Below are positions 23,895 through 33,308 of a stretch of DNA of 64,000 bases, in pieces. This stretch comes from Psilocybe cubensis (Eukaryota), in assembly GCA_017499595.2 (NCBI GenBank), contig CM039007.1, positions 1,798,001 through 1,862,000 on the forward strand, in the 5' to 3' direction. Position numbers and translations under genes: made by a program. The notes below the pieces were generated by a model that did no database searches, was not told where the DNA came from, and saw nothing but the letters and a program-made list of their open reading frames with translations. Every line of letters begins with the position of its first letter. Position 1 is the stretch's first letter.

Positions 23895-26800
23895 TACGCC
23901 CTCCAGGCATTCCCGCGGAATGGCTCTTGTGGCCCCGTTTGGCGTAAGGATGCACGCGGTGGAGAGCGGTATCAAGGACGACCTGATTGACTTTCTTGAT
24001 TTCTCGAACGCTTCCGTAAGAGGCAGCCAGTTCAATGGCGTTGGCGAGTTCGAACTCCGACGGGAAGTTGATGGTTAGCGGAAAGTGACCCTTTGCCTCC
24101 GAAATAATATTGCCACGGTCGTCGAATTGAGTCAGGCGATTGGCGGGGTTAGGGTCTCGATGTAAATAAGATACGAACTCCGTATAGCCAACTGGCATGA
24201 GCAAGTGAGTGTTGGGTGGCATGGGTTTGACAACACGATAGGCGAATGAAATGAAGTCCTTTAGTTGAGCCGCGTGAATCGATCGAACCGTGTTATTCTC
24301 GTCGATGATGCCGTACTCGAATGGAGATATTTTGAACAAGAGTGCGAATCCGGCTAGAGGAATGCACAGAGTGAAAGGTCGAGCGAAGAAGTCACGCGGA
24401 TACATTTGCGCGAGCATGAGACTGTAATCACGCATCACTGTTCTATAATTAACACGCGATATTAAATTGATAGGGGTGTTCACGCTACCGTGGTCATTGT
24501 CAAGTCTCGTTTGTTCTCCCTTCGACGTATCAGGTCCAGCAGGTGGATTGGACACGGGTATCATGGTCGATGGAGGCTCGTGGGACATGCTTTGTGCATG
24601 CTGGATGGCCGCAGCCGGCTGGACGTGGGAAACTTGAGAAGTTGTGTTTGCACCTGATGGTGGGCTGATGTGCATGCTACCCATCTGGTCCGTCATCGTA
24701 GCGTCCTGTTGTTGTGTAGTCGAGGAAGAGTTGGACATATAGTTGTATAAGATAGCTTCGAGTGTAGGGTAGGGATAGGTTTCTGGTTCAATATACCATT
24801 CTGTTCCCTTCTTATATCTCATCTCTAACTTTTCAATTTCAAATTGTATCATACCAGAGAAAATATGCGAATTATCTGGAACTTTCTTTTCATTGTTCTT
24901 GGCAAGTTCAGTGACGTGTTTGACGCCCTTCGCATCCAGGTATTCTTCCAATTCTTGTAAATGTTTGATATCTTCATAATTCACCCAAGTTTTGTCTCCT
25001 GATTTCCATTGAACTTCAAACTTCAAGGTGCCATTCACATCATTTATATGATTACTAATTCTCTGTACTGCCCACTCGCCCTCCAGGTCTTCAGTCCTGA
25101 AGATCTGACTATCCAGACGACCTGGAAACAACCTATCATCATTTGGCACATGAATTCTCAATAAAGAAGCATGGAATACATCATGCACTCCCCTTCGTTT
25201 TAAATCACTAGATAAATCAATACGATACGAGTTGTTATTAAAGTCCTCCACAATTTTGAATGGTCCTACAAAGCGAGGCGCTAATTTACGACTCAACCCC
25301 TTAGGTATATCAATATTAGCAGTAGAAATATAAACCAAGTCATCTACTTTAAAGGGTGCGCGAATGCGTTTTCTATTTGCACCTCTAATGGACTTTACAC
25401 GAGACGCAATGATTGAATCGTGAGCTTTCATCAGGGCAGACTTCATTTTCATGGCAAAGACTTTAACACCCGGAAAATCAACTGGTTTATCCGAGTCCCA
25501 TATAAATGAGCGAGGTAAGCGCCCATAATTAAGGAAGAATGGCGCAAACCCAGTGCTCTCAGACCTGGCAGAATTAATAGCAAATTCAATTGCAGGCAAC
25601 TTTATAACCCAATCACGCTGATTAGCTGAAATGCACTGCCGAAGCATCTGTCCAATCGTTTTATTAGCTCTCTCGGTTGCTCCATCCGTCTGCGGATGAT
25701 AAGCGCTGGACATGCGCAGCTTAGTACCAATTAAACGATGCAACTCTTGCCAGAAGTCACTCTGGAACCATTTGTCTCTATCACTGACAATTGCCTCGGG
25801 TAATCCATGCAACTTATATACCTCTGCAAAGACTAATTCAGCGATATCCTTTGCCTTATAGTTGACTCTTCCTGGCACTAAATGAACCATTCCACTAAAC
25901 AGATCAATTATGACCACAATCATGTCATAGAAACCATCCCTGTTCTCGGACACAGGCAGGGGGCCAACAAAATCAATTCCAATCGCTTCCCAAGGCCGTT
26001 TACAAGTTCCTAACGGATTCAGTAGCCCGTAAGGCTTCTGGTGGCTATCCTTCGTTACCAGACACTTTGTGCATGAAGCACAAAATTTCTCAATGTCCCC
26101 AGCCATTGTTTTCCACCATACTAAATCCCTTAAGTAGGCATACGTTTTACGGGCGCCTAAATGCGCCAGCACGCTATGTGCCTCAGAAATTATAAATTCG
26201 CGCACAGAACGGTCGTCTACCCTTATATTAGGAACACACAACCGTTTGGAACCGTCTGCATGCCTTAAATACAACAAACCCCCAATGGAGTCGTACTCAA
26301 ATGTCTTGAAATCCTGTGGACACTTTACCACCTCTGCAAAGAAAGAGTCCTCGTTATAGCGACCTTTCACGGCGTCTACCACCTTCATACCAACCATATC
26401 TTCGAGTCCAGTGAGTGCCTCACGTTCCCAACCGATTGCAGGCTCCAAGGGCTCATTGTCCTCATTTAATCCGTCTGTTTGAATCCCAGCGTCGCATCGA
26501 ACACTCGCAGCTTTATTCCGAGCAGGTAACTTAATTGTCAAACGTTGTTGAACAGCCGGCGCATGTAAGTCTCGTTCTTTTGGTCCATTTATTTTAACTA
26601 GACCCTTCATTCTAGCCGCAAACTCGTTAGACGACTCAGGACGGCCAGTTTCCGCGCCCTCTATCTCACGTATGCGCTTTGATCGGCGTCCAACAAAGTT
26701 TGGATTTACAACTGTGGCGCACTCGGCTTCTGCACCCACAAGTACTGGACTAGTTATCGACATTAAAGCAACCTCCATTGCAGAGTTATCATCCCAATCA

Positions 26801-29800
26801 TTGTGCTGGGTGTACTCAGAGCTTGCTCTCACCGTTCCAGGTGCGTCCGAAGCATAGATTCGAGATAGCGCATCACTCAATATATTTTCAGCACCCGGCA
26901 CGTATATTACTTCGAAATTAAACATGGCTAGTTGTTCTAGCCATCGTGCACGGCGTCCGCTACTTGCCCGATCGATGTCCCTGTGGTTCAGGACAGTAAC
27001 AAGACCTTTATGGTCAGTATACCATCGGAACTTAACTCCCAAAAGTAAATCCCTATAACGCATCATTGTTTCTAAGCCTGCTAACATCTCCACCTCGTGT
27101 ACAGGGTAATTCTGCTGAGCAGGTGATAATTTTGCTGAATAAAATGCCGCCACAGTCGCGGTTTTCCAGTCCTCTCCTTGACTGATCACACCCGCAATCC
27201 CGGTAATACTCGCATCCGTGACTACATTAATTGGCGGCGCGCCCTCCGAGTAATCCAACGGGCGCCTATGATGGTCTTTGTACTTGTTTGCGCGTTCCTT
27301 TATTTCCTCAAATGCTCTCTGGTGAGTTGCTTCCCATCTAAAAGGTACCTCTTTGCTGGTTAATGTATGCAGAATACCCATAGGTATCCGCACACTCTCA
27401 ATATCATCAGCAAGGTAACTAGCAGCGCCTAGAAATCCTCTCAACAAATCCCTATTGGTGGGAACTTTCCATTTAACCAAAGCATCAACTTTGTGTGGGT
27501 CCATCTGAATGCCTTCGCTATCCACAATGCGACCTAGTATCTTAACCTTCTTGCATAAAAAATCCAACTTATTAGCAGATAAGTAGAATTTCTCTCGCTT
27601 CAATATGTCAATAACAATTGACACATGCTCAATGTGTTCCTTTAATGTATCCGAGTAAATGACAATGTCATCTAGGTATACATCTAGGAATTTCCCTATA
27701 TATGGTGCAAATATGTGGTTCATCAACGACTGAAATGTGGCCGGTGCATTGCAATCCCCTTGTTGAATGACATGCGACACCATATTACCGTTTGGTGTGG
27801 CAAATGCCGTCTTCCATACGTCAGCGGGCTCAATGCGCACTTGCTCATAAGCATCTTTCAAGTCAATCATACTTCGATAAGGCTTGCTAGCCACTCGACG
27901 CAGGATTCCATCGATGTCAGGCAACGGGCTGGTGAGTTTACGCGTGTTTTGATTCCGTGCACGTAAGTCATTCACTGTTCTCAACTTAGGCATCTCACCC
28001 GGCTTCCCAGGTTTTGGGATAAATAACATTGGAACTGTATTGCGGGAGTTAGTTATTTCCCAGCGCCCTGTATTAAGGTAAGCATTTCTTTTCTCAACCC
28101 ATTGAGACATAAATGACTCAGGGCATCGAGCAGGTCGCCAGGGATACTGCACAGACTCGTCAATAAGATCAATTTTATGATTAATCGCCCGAAGAGGAGG
28201 TAGAGGTGTTTCTGCAGCTGTCTTGCAAAGTGGAGCGGCTTTCTGCTTCAAAAACTCCCTCACATCTTCGAGATTTTCTTCCCTGAGCTGTGCTGCTCTC
28301 GATTGCAGGGTGCGTACTGCTGAACCGTTTATTGGTAATGCCTTTACACTACCAATTATTACTCGGGATGGGTTAAACCCAGCCATTGCTCGATGCTGGT
28401 ACATAAATGGTGTTCCCAGGATCAAGTCATAGCTTGATAAGTTAATTATATCGAAGGTACGTGTCTCCTTAATTTCTTGATATGAAAACTCCGCACTCAC
28501 TTCATAGTTTACTTTAGATCGTGAACCCAGCACTGCCAACTGTACAACCAGTGGAGATTCAAGCTCACGTCGCTTTAGCTTCAATTGGTCAGCTAGATTT
28601 GACGACATAAAGTCGCATAATGAACCTGTGTCAATAAGCGCCCGTGCTGGCTGTCCATTGATCTTTACTACCACAACAACAGGGTCCGGCACTACACGAG
28701 ACGGGTCGTTTGTTTTGGCTGCATTTCTCTGTACAGCACTAACTCGACTCGTTTCAGGCTGCTGAGCATTCAGCTCAACATTAATTGTCTTTGGGCTGGC
28801 AAAGTTATATTCATTGCAACAGGTTTCTCCATTGCTTTCATCCTCAAAATCGGTGTCCATGTCGTCCAAAAACTCGTCAGGGTGGTATTCATGTGTTACC
28901 TCGTCGAGTTCACCAAACAGTGCCTTTATTCCGAAGTCGTACTGCTCATAAAAGGCCTCCTCAACGTGAGTTTTCATATACTTGATGAGCTGTTTGAAAT
29001 ACCATTGCCTAATATTGAGTCGTGGCTCAGTCATCAATTTGGATTGCATCGGGAAATGAAGACCTAATTCCCAGTCGAATATTTCAAACGCAGTAGCGTC
29101 GTCATTCAGGTAAACATCAAATCTCCTTCCAAGTTTATTTCTTACTGATGGTTTCATACTTAAATAACCGCCGAATGCGCGGCCAGTGGACAACTTCCAT
29201 TCGGCATTGCGTTGCCATACTCTGAACACAGGCGTCTTACGATGCCATCTTGGTAAAGGTTTTACTTTCTTTACTCTAGCCTTCTGTGTACACTTGATAG
29301 CGTACCAACGTCCTATCAAGAAATCGGTACGACAAACTTGTTCCTTATCCAAGACTTCGTCCTCATGAGTTACCGTATCCAGCACAGCAATTTGGCGTCC
29401 CTCTCCCGTGCAGTATACGATGAAACGATCAGCAACTTGCTTTTCCCAACAAGGATCACCAGGGTAAGGACGCATCTGTTCTAATTGATACTTAACCAAC
29501 TCGCATAAGGGATCACCTAAGCGCCCGTCCTGACGCTCGCCCTCCGAGGGATCATACCAAGTTCGTGCTGCGTCCTCATACGAGGGGTCCACCGACTCCA
29601 CATTCTCTGGTTCGAATGAATCATCCGATAGATGGCACATAGCCATCTCTACTTCCATAAAATGTGAGTCTAAACTCTGTGCTGTTGTTTCTGCCAATGC
29701 TGACAGGGCTGCCTCGTTCTGGGTCATGATTTCAACGCTGAAACTCTTGGATCCTGGCGGTTTGTCCTTTCCGTTATTGGATCGAACACCCTGCGCCGAC

Positions 29801-31581
29801 TTGCAGTGTCGTCCGATGTGTCCAGCTTCCCCACATCTATAGCACTTAATTTGTGAGCTATATCCATCCGGACGATGTCTAGACTCGTCCGTCTTCTTGG
29901 CTGACATATTGTCCCGATTAGCTTCAGTCTTATGTCGATAATTAGGCGTGTCTTTGCGTGTTTCTCGCTTGTATTCATGTGAATTGAACCTGTTTCGCTC
30001 GCCGAAGCTTCGCTTGTCTGAATTTGAGTGATTATTGTTACTAAATTTATTATTCTTCGGCGCATGCTTCTGGTTGCTCTCAATTTGATAAGCAACCTCA
30101 TGACGAGTGGCCACCTGAATGACCTCGTCCCAGGTGTTTTGTTCGTAGTCCAAGCCTTCTCTCCATAAAGCTGATTGTAATTCAGGTTTGAGACCATTCC
30201 ATAGGCGGTCTACACGTTGTTCAGGAGTAGACTTTCCGATTATCCTGAACAATATCATTAATTCAGCTGCATATTCAGCAACAGTCAAGTTTCCTTGAGA
30301 AAAGTTCTCTAACTTCTTTCTTTGTTTTAATCTGAAGTCAGGAGGGAAACAATAATTGTAGAGCTCAGTAAAGAAGCGTTGCCTGTCCCATGCATCCACG
30401 CTTATGGCAACCATTGTTGAATAAAATTTGTATGCTTTACCAGCCAAGTAGTCTGCACACTTAACCACTTGATCCTGAGGAGGTAAAGCTGCTTCCTTGC
30501 AGAACCTCTCACACTGCGTTATATACTTATAAAATTTCATGAAGTCAGCATCTCCATGATACTTGTCCGGTGCTGTTGGTGGCAAAGGTTTGAACTTTGC
30601 TGTTGTATTGGTCTGTCCTTCAGTAACCAGAGGTCCCAGCACCTGCATATTATCATGATTGTTTACTGCCTCTTTGTCCCTCATGTTAGTGAGTAATTGA
30701 CCAATCAGGCTGTCCGAAGACAGCTGATTACTAGGCTTAATTGCTTCCGCACGTTTGATTTGTACACGTCGACGGGCGGCTTGGGCAATTAGATCCTCTA
30801 CTTCTTGAGACATTGGAGTGTGTGAAATTCCTCTTCTCTTAGTTTGTTCCTGAGCTTCTACTGACTGAATGCGAGCTGCATATGCTCTTTTCAAATCGTT
30901 TAATTGCCTTTCCATCTCTTGAATACGTTCATATTCCGTGTCGGTACTAATGTTCACCGATTCACCGCGATTATTCGCTAAGTTACTTTGCGCTTGGGCG
31001 TGGGAATCACGTATCCCACGCTCAATTTCCTTCTGTATCTCGGGATTCAATTCATCCTCGGGTATTCCGACGTTTCCCCAGTTCCTGGGATCAATCCCTT
31101 TACCTTTATCGTGAGATTGTTCATCCTCACGCTCCTCACTGTTCCTACCCGTTTGGGTATCACGATTTTCCATGGTTTTCTCTAGATTAACTAACCTATC
31201 CATTAGGGATACTACCAATTCCCTAGTTTCTGCCAAAGCCAGATGCGCACTGTGCACATCGGCGTTAAGGTGAGTCCCTAAACCTAACCTATTTATGTTA
31301 TCTAGACTCATACTTCGACGGGCTTGCCTAGCTGCAGCAGCAAGTCCATGAGCCTCCGGGATGTCTTTCCCGCGGCCCTTCTCATAATCACGCGGGTCAT
31401 TACGACCACGCGGCTCGTTCCCACCCGTTCTGGGTCCGGGAACCTCATCCTGCCGAGGGTCGTCACCCTTCGGAACAGGGGAGCCTTTACTCGGCCCCGT
31501 AGCGGATACGTCCTTGGCGGCAGCGTGGCCCCTCAGTACCCTACTACCACTCTTACCTGTACCAGTAGCTTTACTAGACAT
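23890..31581 (-). CDS. Gag-Pol polyprotein, 2563 aa: gag, CCHC knuckle, unknown duplicated domain, protease, RT, RNase H, integrase, chromodomain, unknown C-terminal extension
   Basis: CYRCGEAGHIGRHC; ALIDTGS; YLDD; TDASITG; HSVLAH...CTKC; IGIDFVGP; AYHPQTDG; FVGPFKI; chromodomain EWAVQRISNH...FEVQWKSGDKTW. PR-RT-RH-IN order is that of Gypsy elements. Confidence 0.97.
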   Translation of the reverse strand: MSSKATGTGKSGSRVLRGHAAAKDVSATGPSKGSPVPKGDDPRQDEVPGPRTGGNEPRGRNDPRDYEKGRGKDIPEAHGLAAAARQARRSMSLDNINRLGLGTHLNADVHSAHLALAETRELVVSLMDRLVNLEKTMENRDTQTGRNSEEREDEQSHDKGKGIDPRNWGNVGIPEDELNPEIQKEIERGIRDSHAQAQSNLANNRGESVNISTDTEYERIQEMERQLNDLKRAYAARIQSVEAQEQTKRRGISHTPMSQEVEDLIAQAARRRVQIKRAEAIKPSNQLSSDSLIGQLLTNMRDKEAVNNHDNMQVLGPLVTEGQTNTTAKFKPLPPTAPDKYHGDADFMKFYKYITQCERFCKEAALPPQDQVVKCADYLAGKAYKFYSTMVAISVDAWDRQRFFTELYNYCFPPDFRLKQRKKLENFSQGNLTVAEYAAELMILFRIIGKSTPEQRVDRLWNGLKPELQSALWREGLDYEQNTWDEVIQVATRHEVAYQIESNQKHAPKNNKFSNNNHSNSDKRSFGERNRFNSHEYKRETRKDTPNYRHKTEANRDNMSAKKTDESRHRPDGYSSQIKCYRCGEAGHIGRHCKSAQGVRSNNGKDKPPGSKSFSVEIMTQNEAALSALAETTAQSLDSHFMEVEMAMCHLSDDSFEPENVESVDPSYEDAARTWYDPSEGERQDGRLGDPLCELVKYQLEQMRPYPGDPCWEKQVADRFIVYCTGEGRQIAVLDTVTHEDEVLDKEQVCRTDFLIGRWYAIKCTQKARVKKVKPLPRWHRKTPVFRVWQRNAEWKLSTGRAFGGYLSMKPSVRNKLGRRFDVYLNDDATAFEIFDWELGLHFPMQSKLMTEPRLNIRQWYFKQLIKYMKTHVEEAFYEQYDFGIKALFGELDEVTHEYHPDEFLDDMDTDFEDESNGETCCNEYNFASPKTINVELNAQQPETSRVSAVQRNAAKTNDPSRVVPDPVVVVVKINGQPARALIDTGSLCDFMSSNLADQLKLKRRELESPLVVQLAVLGSRSKVNYEVSAEFSYQEIKETRTFDIINLSSYDLILGTPFMYQHRAMAGFNPSRVIIGSVKALPINGSAVRTLQSRAAQLREENLEDVREFLKQKAAPLCKTAAETPLPPLRAINHKIDLIDESVQYPWRPARCPESFMSQWVEKRNAYLNTGRWEITNSRNTVPMLFIPKPGKPGEMPKLRTVNDLRARNQNTRKLTSPLPDIDGILRRVASKPYRSMIDLKDAYEQVRIEPADVWKTAFATPNGNMVSHVIQQGDCNAPATFQSLMNHIFAPYIGKFLDVYLDDIVIYSDTLKEHIEHVSIVIDILKREKFYLSANKLDFLCKKVKILGRIVDSEGIQMDPHKVDALVKWKVPTNRDLLRGFLGAASYLADDIESVRIPMGILHTLTSKEVPFRWEATHQRAFEEIKERANKYKDHHRRPLDYSEGAPPINVVTDASITGIAGVISQGEDWKTATVAAFYSAKLSPAQQNYPVHEVEMLAGLETMMRYRDLLLGVKFRWYTDHKGLVTVLNHRDIDRASSGRRARWLEQLAMFNFEVIYVPGAENILSDALSRIYASDAPGTVRASSEYTQHNDWDDNSAMEVALMSITSPVLVGAEAECATVVNPNFVGRRSKRIREIEGAETGRPESSNEFAARMKGLVKINGPKERDLHAPAVQQRLTIKLPARNKAASVRCDAGIQTDGLNEDNEPLEPAIGWEREALTGLEDMVGMKVVDAVKGRYNEDSFFAEVVKCPQDFKTFEYDSIGGLLYLRHADGSKRLCVPNIRVDDRSVREFIISEAHSVLAHLGARKTYAYLRDLVWWKTMAGDIEKFCASCTKCLVTKDSHQKPYGLLNPLGTCKRPWEAIGIDFVGPLPVSENRDGFYDMIVVIIDLFSGMVHLVPGRVNYKAKDIAELVFAEVYKLHGLPEAIVSDRDKWFQSDFWQELHRLIGTKLRMSSAYHPQTDGATERANKTIGQMLRQCISANQRDWVIKLPAIEFAINSARSESTGFAPFFLNYGRLPRSFIWDSDKPVDFPGVKVFAMKMKSALMKAHDSIIASRVKSIRGANRKRIRAPFKVDDLVYISTANIDIPKGLSRKLAPRFVGPFKIVEDFNNNSYRIDLSSDLKRRGVHDVFHASLLRIHVPNDDRLFPGRLDSQIFRTEDLEGEWAVQRISNHINDVNGTLKFEVQWKSGDKTWVNYEDIKHLQELEEYLDAKGVKHVTELAKNNEKKVPDNSHIFSGMIQFEIEKLEMRYKKGTEWYIEPETYPYPTLEAILYNYMSNSSSTTQQQDATMTDQMGSMHISPPSGANTTSQVSHVQPAAAIQHAQSMSHEPPSTMIPVSNPPAGPDTSKGEQTRLDNDHGSVNTPINLISRVNYRTVMRDYSLMLAQMYPRDFFARPFTLCIPLAGFALLFKISPFEYGIIDENNTVRSIHAAQLKDFISFAYRVVKPMPPNTHLLMPVGYTEFVSYLHRDPNPANRLTQFDDRGNIISEAKGHFPLTINFPSEFELANAIELAASYGSVREIKKVNQVVLDTALHRVHPYAKRGHKSHSAGMPGGRM

Positions 31582-31732
31582 CCTGTAATAGAGTGGTCAG
31601 CAATAAACAATATTCGACGACGACGTACCTGGTGTCCTCGGGTGATCAGGCCGGGGGGTTTCCAAGGGTTAATCGGCGACGAAGGCGGTTAGCGTAGAGT
31701 AGAGCGAAGTAGTAAGAAAGCAGTCAAAAATA

Positions 31733-31993
31733 TGTGACGGGGCGTGAGAATACACGAGTCCCGGCACACTTCGAACCTCAGAAAGACTGGCTAAAATATG
31801 TCTATTCAAGGTCGAACTTCTACACTACTCTAACTACGTCTTTTATACCTTTCTACCTACCTACCTACGTCATAGACACAGTCACTTGAATATCAAATAC
31901 GAACACGATAGAAAAGCGTAGAAAACTTAGTAATATTCCGGCAGTATTCTTGCCGTGATGGCTCGGCATCGACAATGTGATGCCGCCGTCACA
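31733..31993 (-). repeat. 5' LTR with TATAAAAG-like box on the minus strand (about 31840-31847)
   Basis: Direct repeat of 23634-23894, lying upstream of the gag ATG at 31581. Confidence 0.97.
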
Positions 31994-33308
31994 CGTGACC
32001 GCCCATCAAAAATGACAAAAGAATTTATTCACTAGCTGTTTGCTTTGTTTTTTTCTTCATTGTCACCACAACCATTCAATATCGAAGCTTAAAGCTTAAA
32101 GGCTTTCGGCTTTGAACCTTGTTCCTGTGGGTATATGTGCACCTTGAACCTTGTCTTTATAAATTGTCGCTTCAATCAATACTGGAAACCCACCATGTCG
32201 AAAAATGCACACCATCATGCATCACCCTCGGACTCCTGGTCATTGTAATTTTTAGCAACACAGTCACCATCGATCCATCGACTCGGGGAAAAGTAACAGT
32301 CGCTTGTACTATCTTAAGCCCCGCTACCTGCGCATCTCTCCTTTATCGTAAAAGGATTTACACCTCTCTTTCTTTCAGGGTCATGATGAGAAGCCCTCAA
32401 CGTCACCTAGCCATACCCTACAGCTGACCAGTGACCAGTGACCAGTTCCAAAACCAAGAATGTCCAGCCAAAGACGCTTTTTTAAAAAACCTGACTTCCC
32501 ATCTTGCTTAACCATTTTTCATATCATATCAAAAAGGCCGTTTTATCGCACACAATGGACTCTTTGGAACGCAAAGGAACAAAGCTGGTGTAGGGTACAG
32601 CTTCCGTGACTTTGCGCAGGAAATTGGACTCACGAGTCACAAAGGTTGAAACGTTGACGCCCGACTATCACAACGACGACGACACGGGACCAAGCATCGA
32701 TTCTGACCTGAAATTGAAATTATCCCTCGACTTCAAGCTTAAGCTTCAAGGATTTACCGCGACACCCCAATAATGCTCAAACAAATTCAAGAGGAACACT
32801 CGTACATGCAACCTAACGACTACAGTATATATATGCTGCTGGACGAACAAAAGTACTACAATCGTTTCTGAATCTTAGCAACAACCGAAACCGAATTTAT
32901 CTGTTGTGCGTTATTCCATCAACTCTGAACACAAAGCAAGGGGACGGGAAAATATCAAGCAGGAGCAGGAATTATCATCTTTGGAAGGTACGGAAAGCCT
33001 TTTGCATTTCGCTTCATAATTCCAGTTCAACCAAACTGACCTTTTTATTTTTTTTTGCATGACTAGCCGAAAAAAAAAGGTGACCTCCAATTCTCCATAC
33101 AGATTACATTAATCCATTATTTTGGTGTACAACCCCTACAAAAACCCAAAACCCAAAACCCAAACCCTGCATACAAGTCCAAGAATCCAAGAAAAAAAAA
33201 TACAAAGTAGGAAATACAACTCCAACCATCCAACTCTAAAAAAACAAATTTCCCAAAAAAGAAAAAGAAAGAAAAAAAATCAATCAACATCTCAAACACT
33301 CAAAACAC

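Larger units (their letters stand above)
23634..31993 (-). mobile_element. Full-length Ty3/Gypsy (chromovirus) LTR retrotransposon, apparently intact and recent
   Basis: Two 261-bp TG...CA LTRs that read identically, a 5-bp TSD CGTGA at 23629-23633 and 31994-31998, and an uninterrupted gag-pol ORF. Confidence 0.98.
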
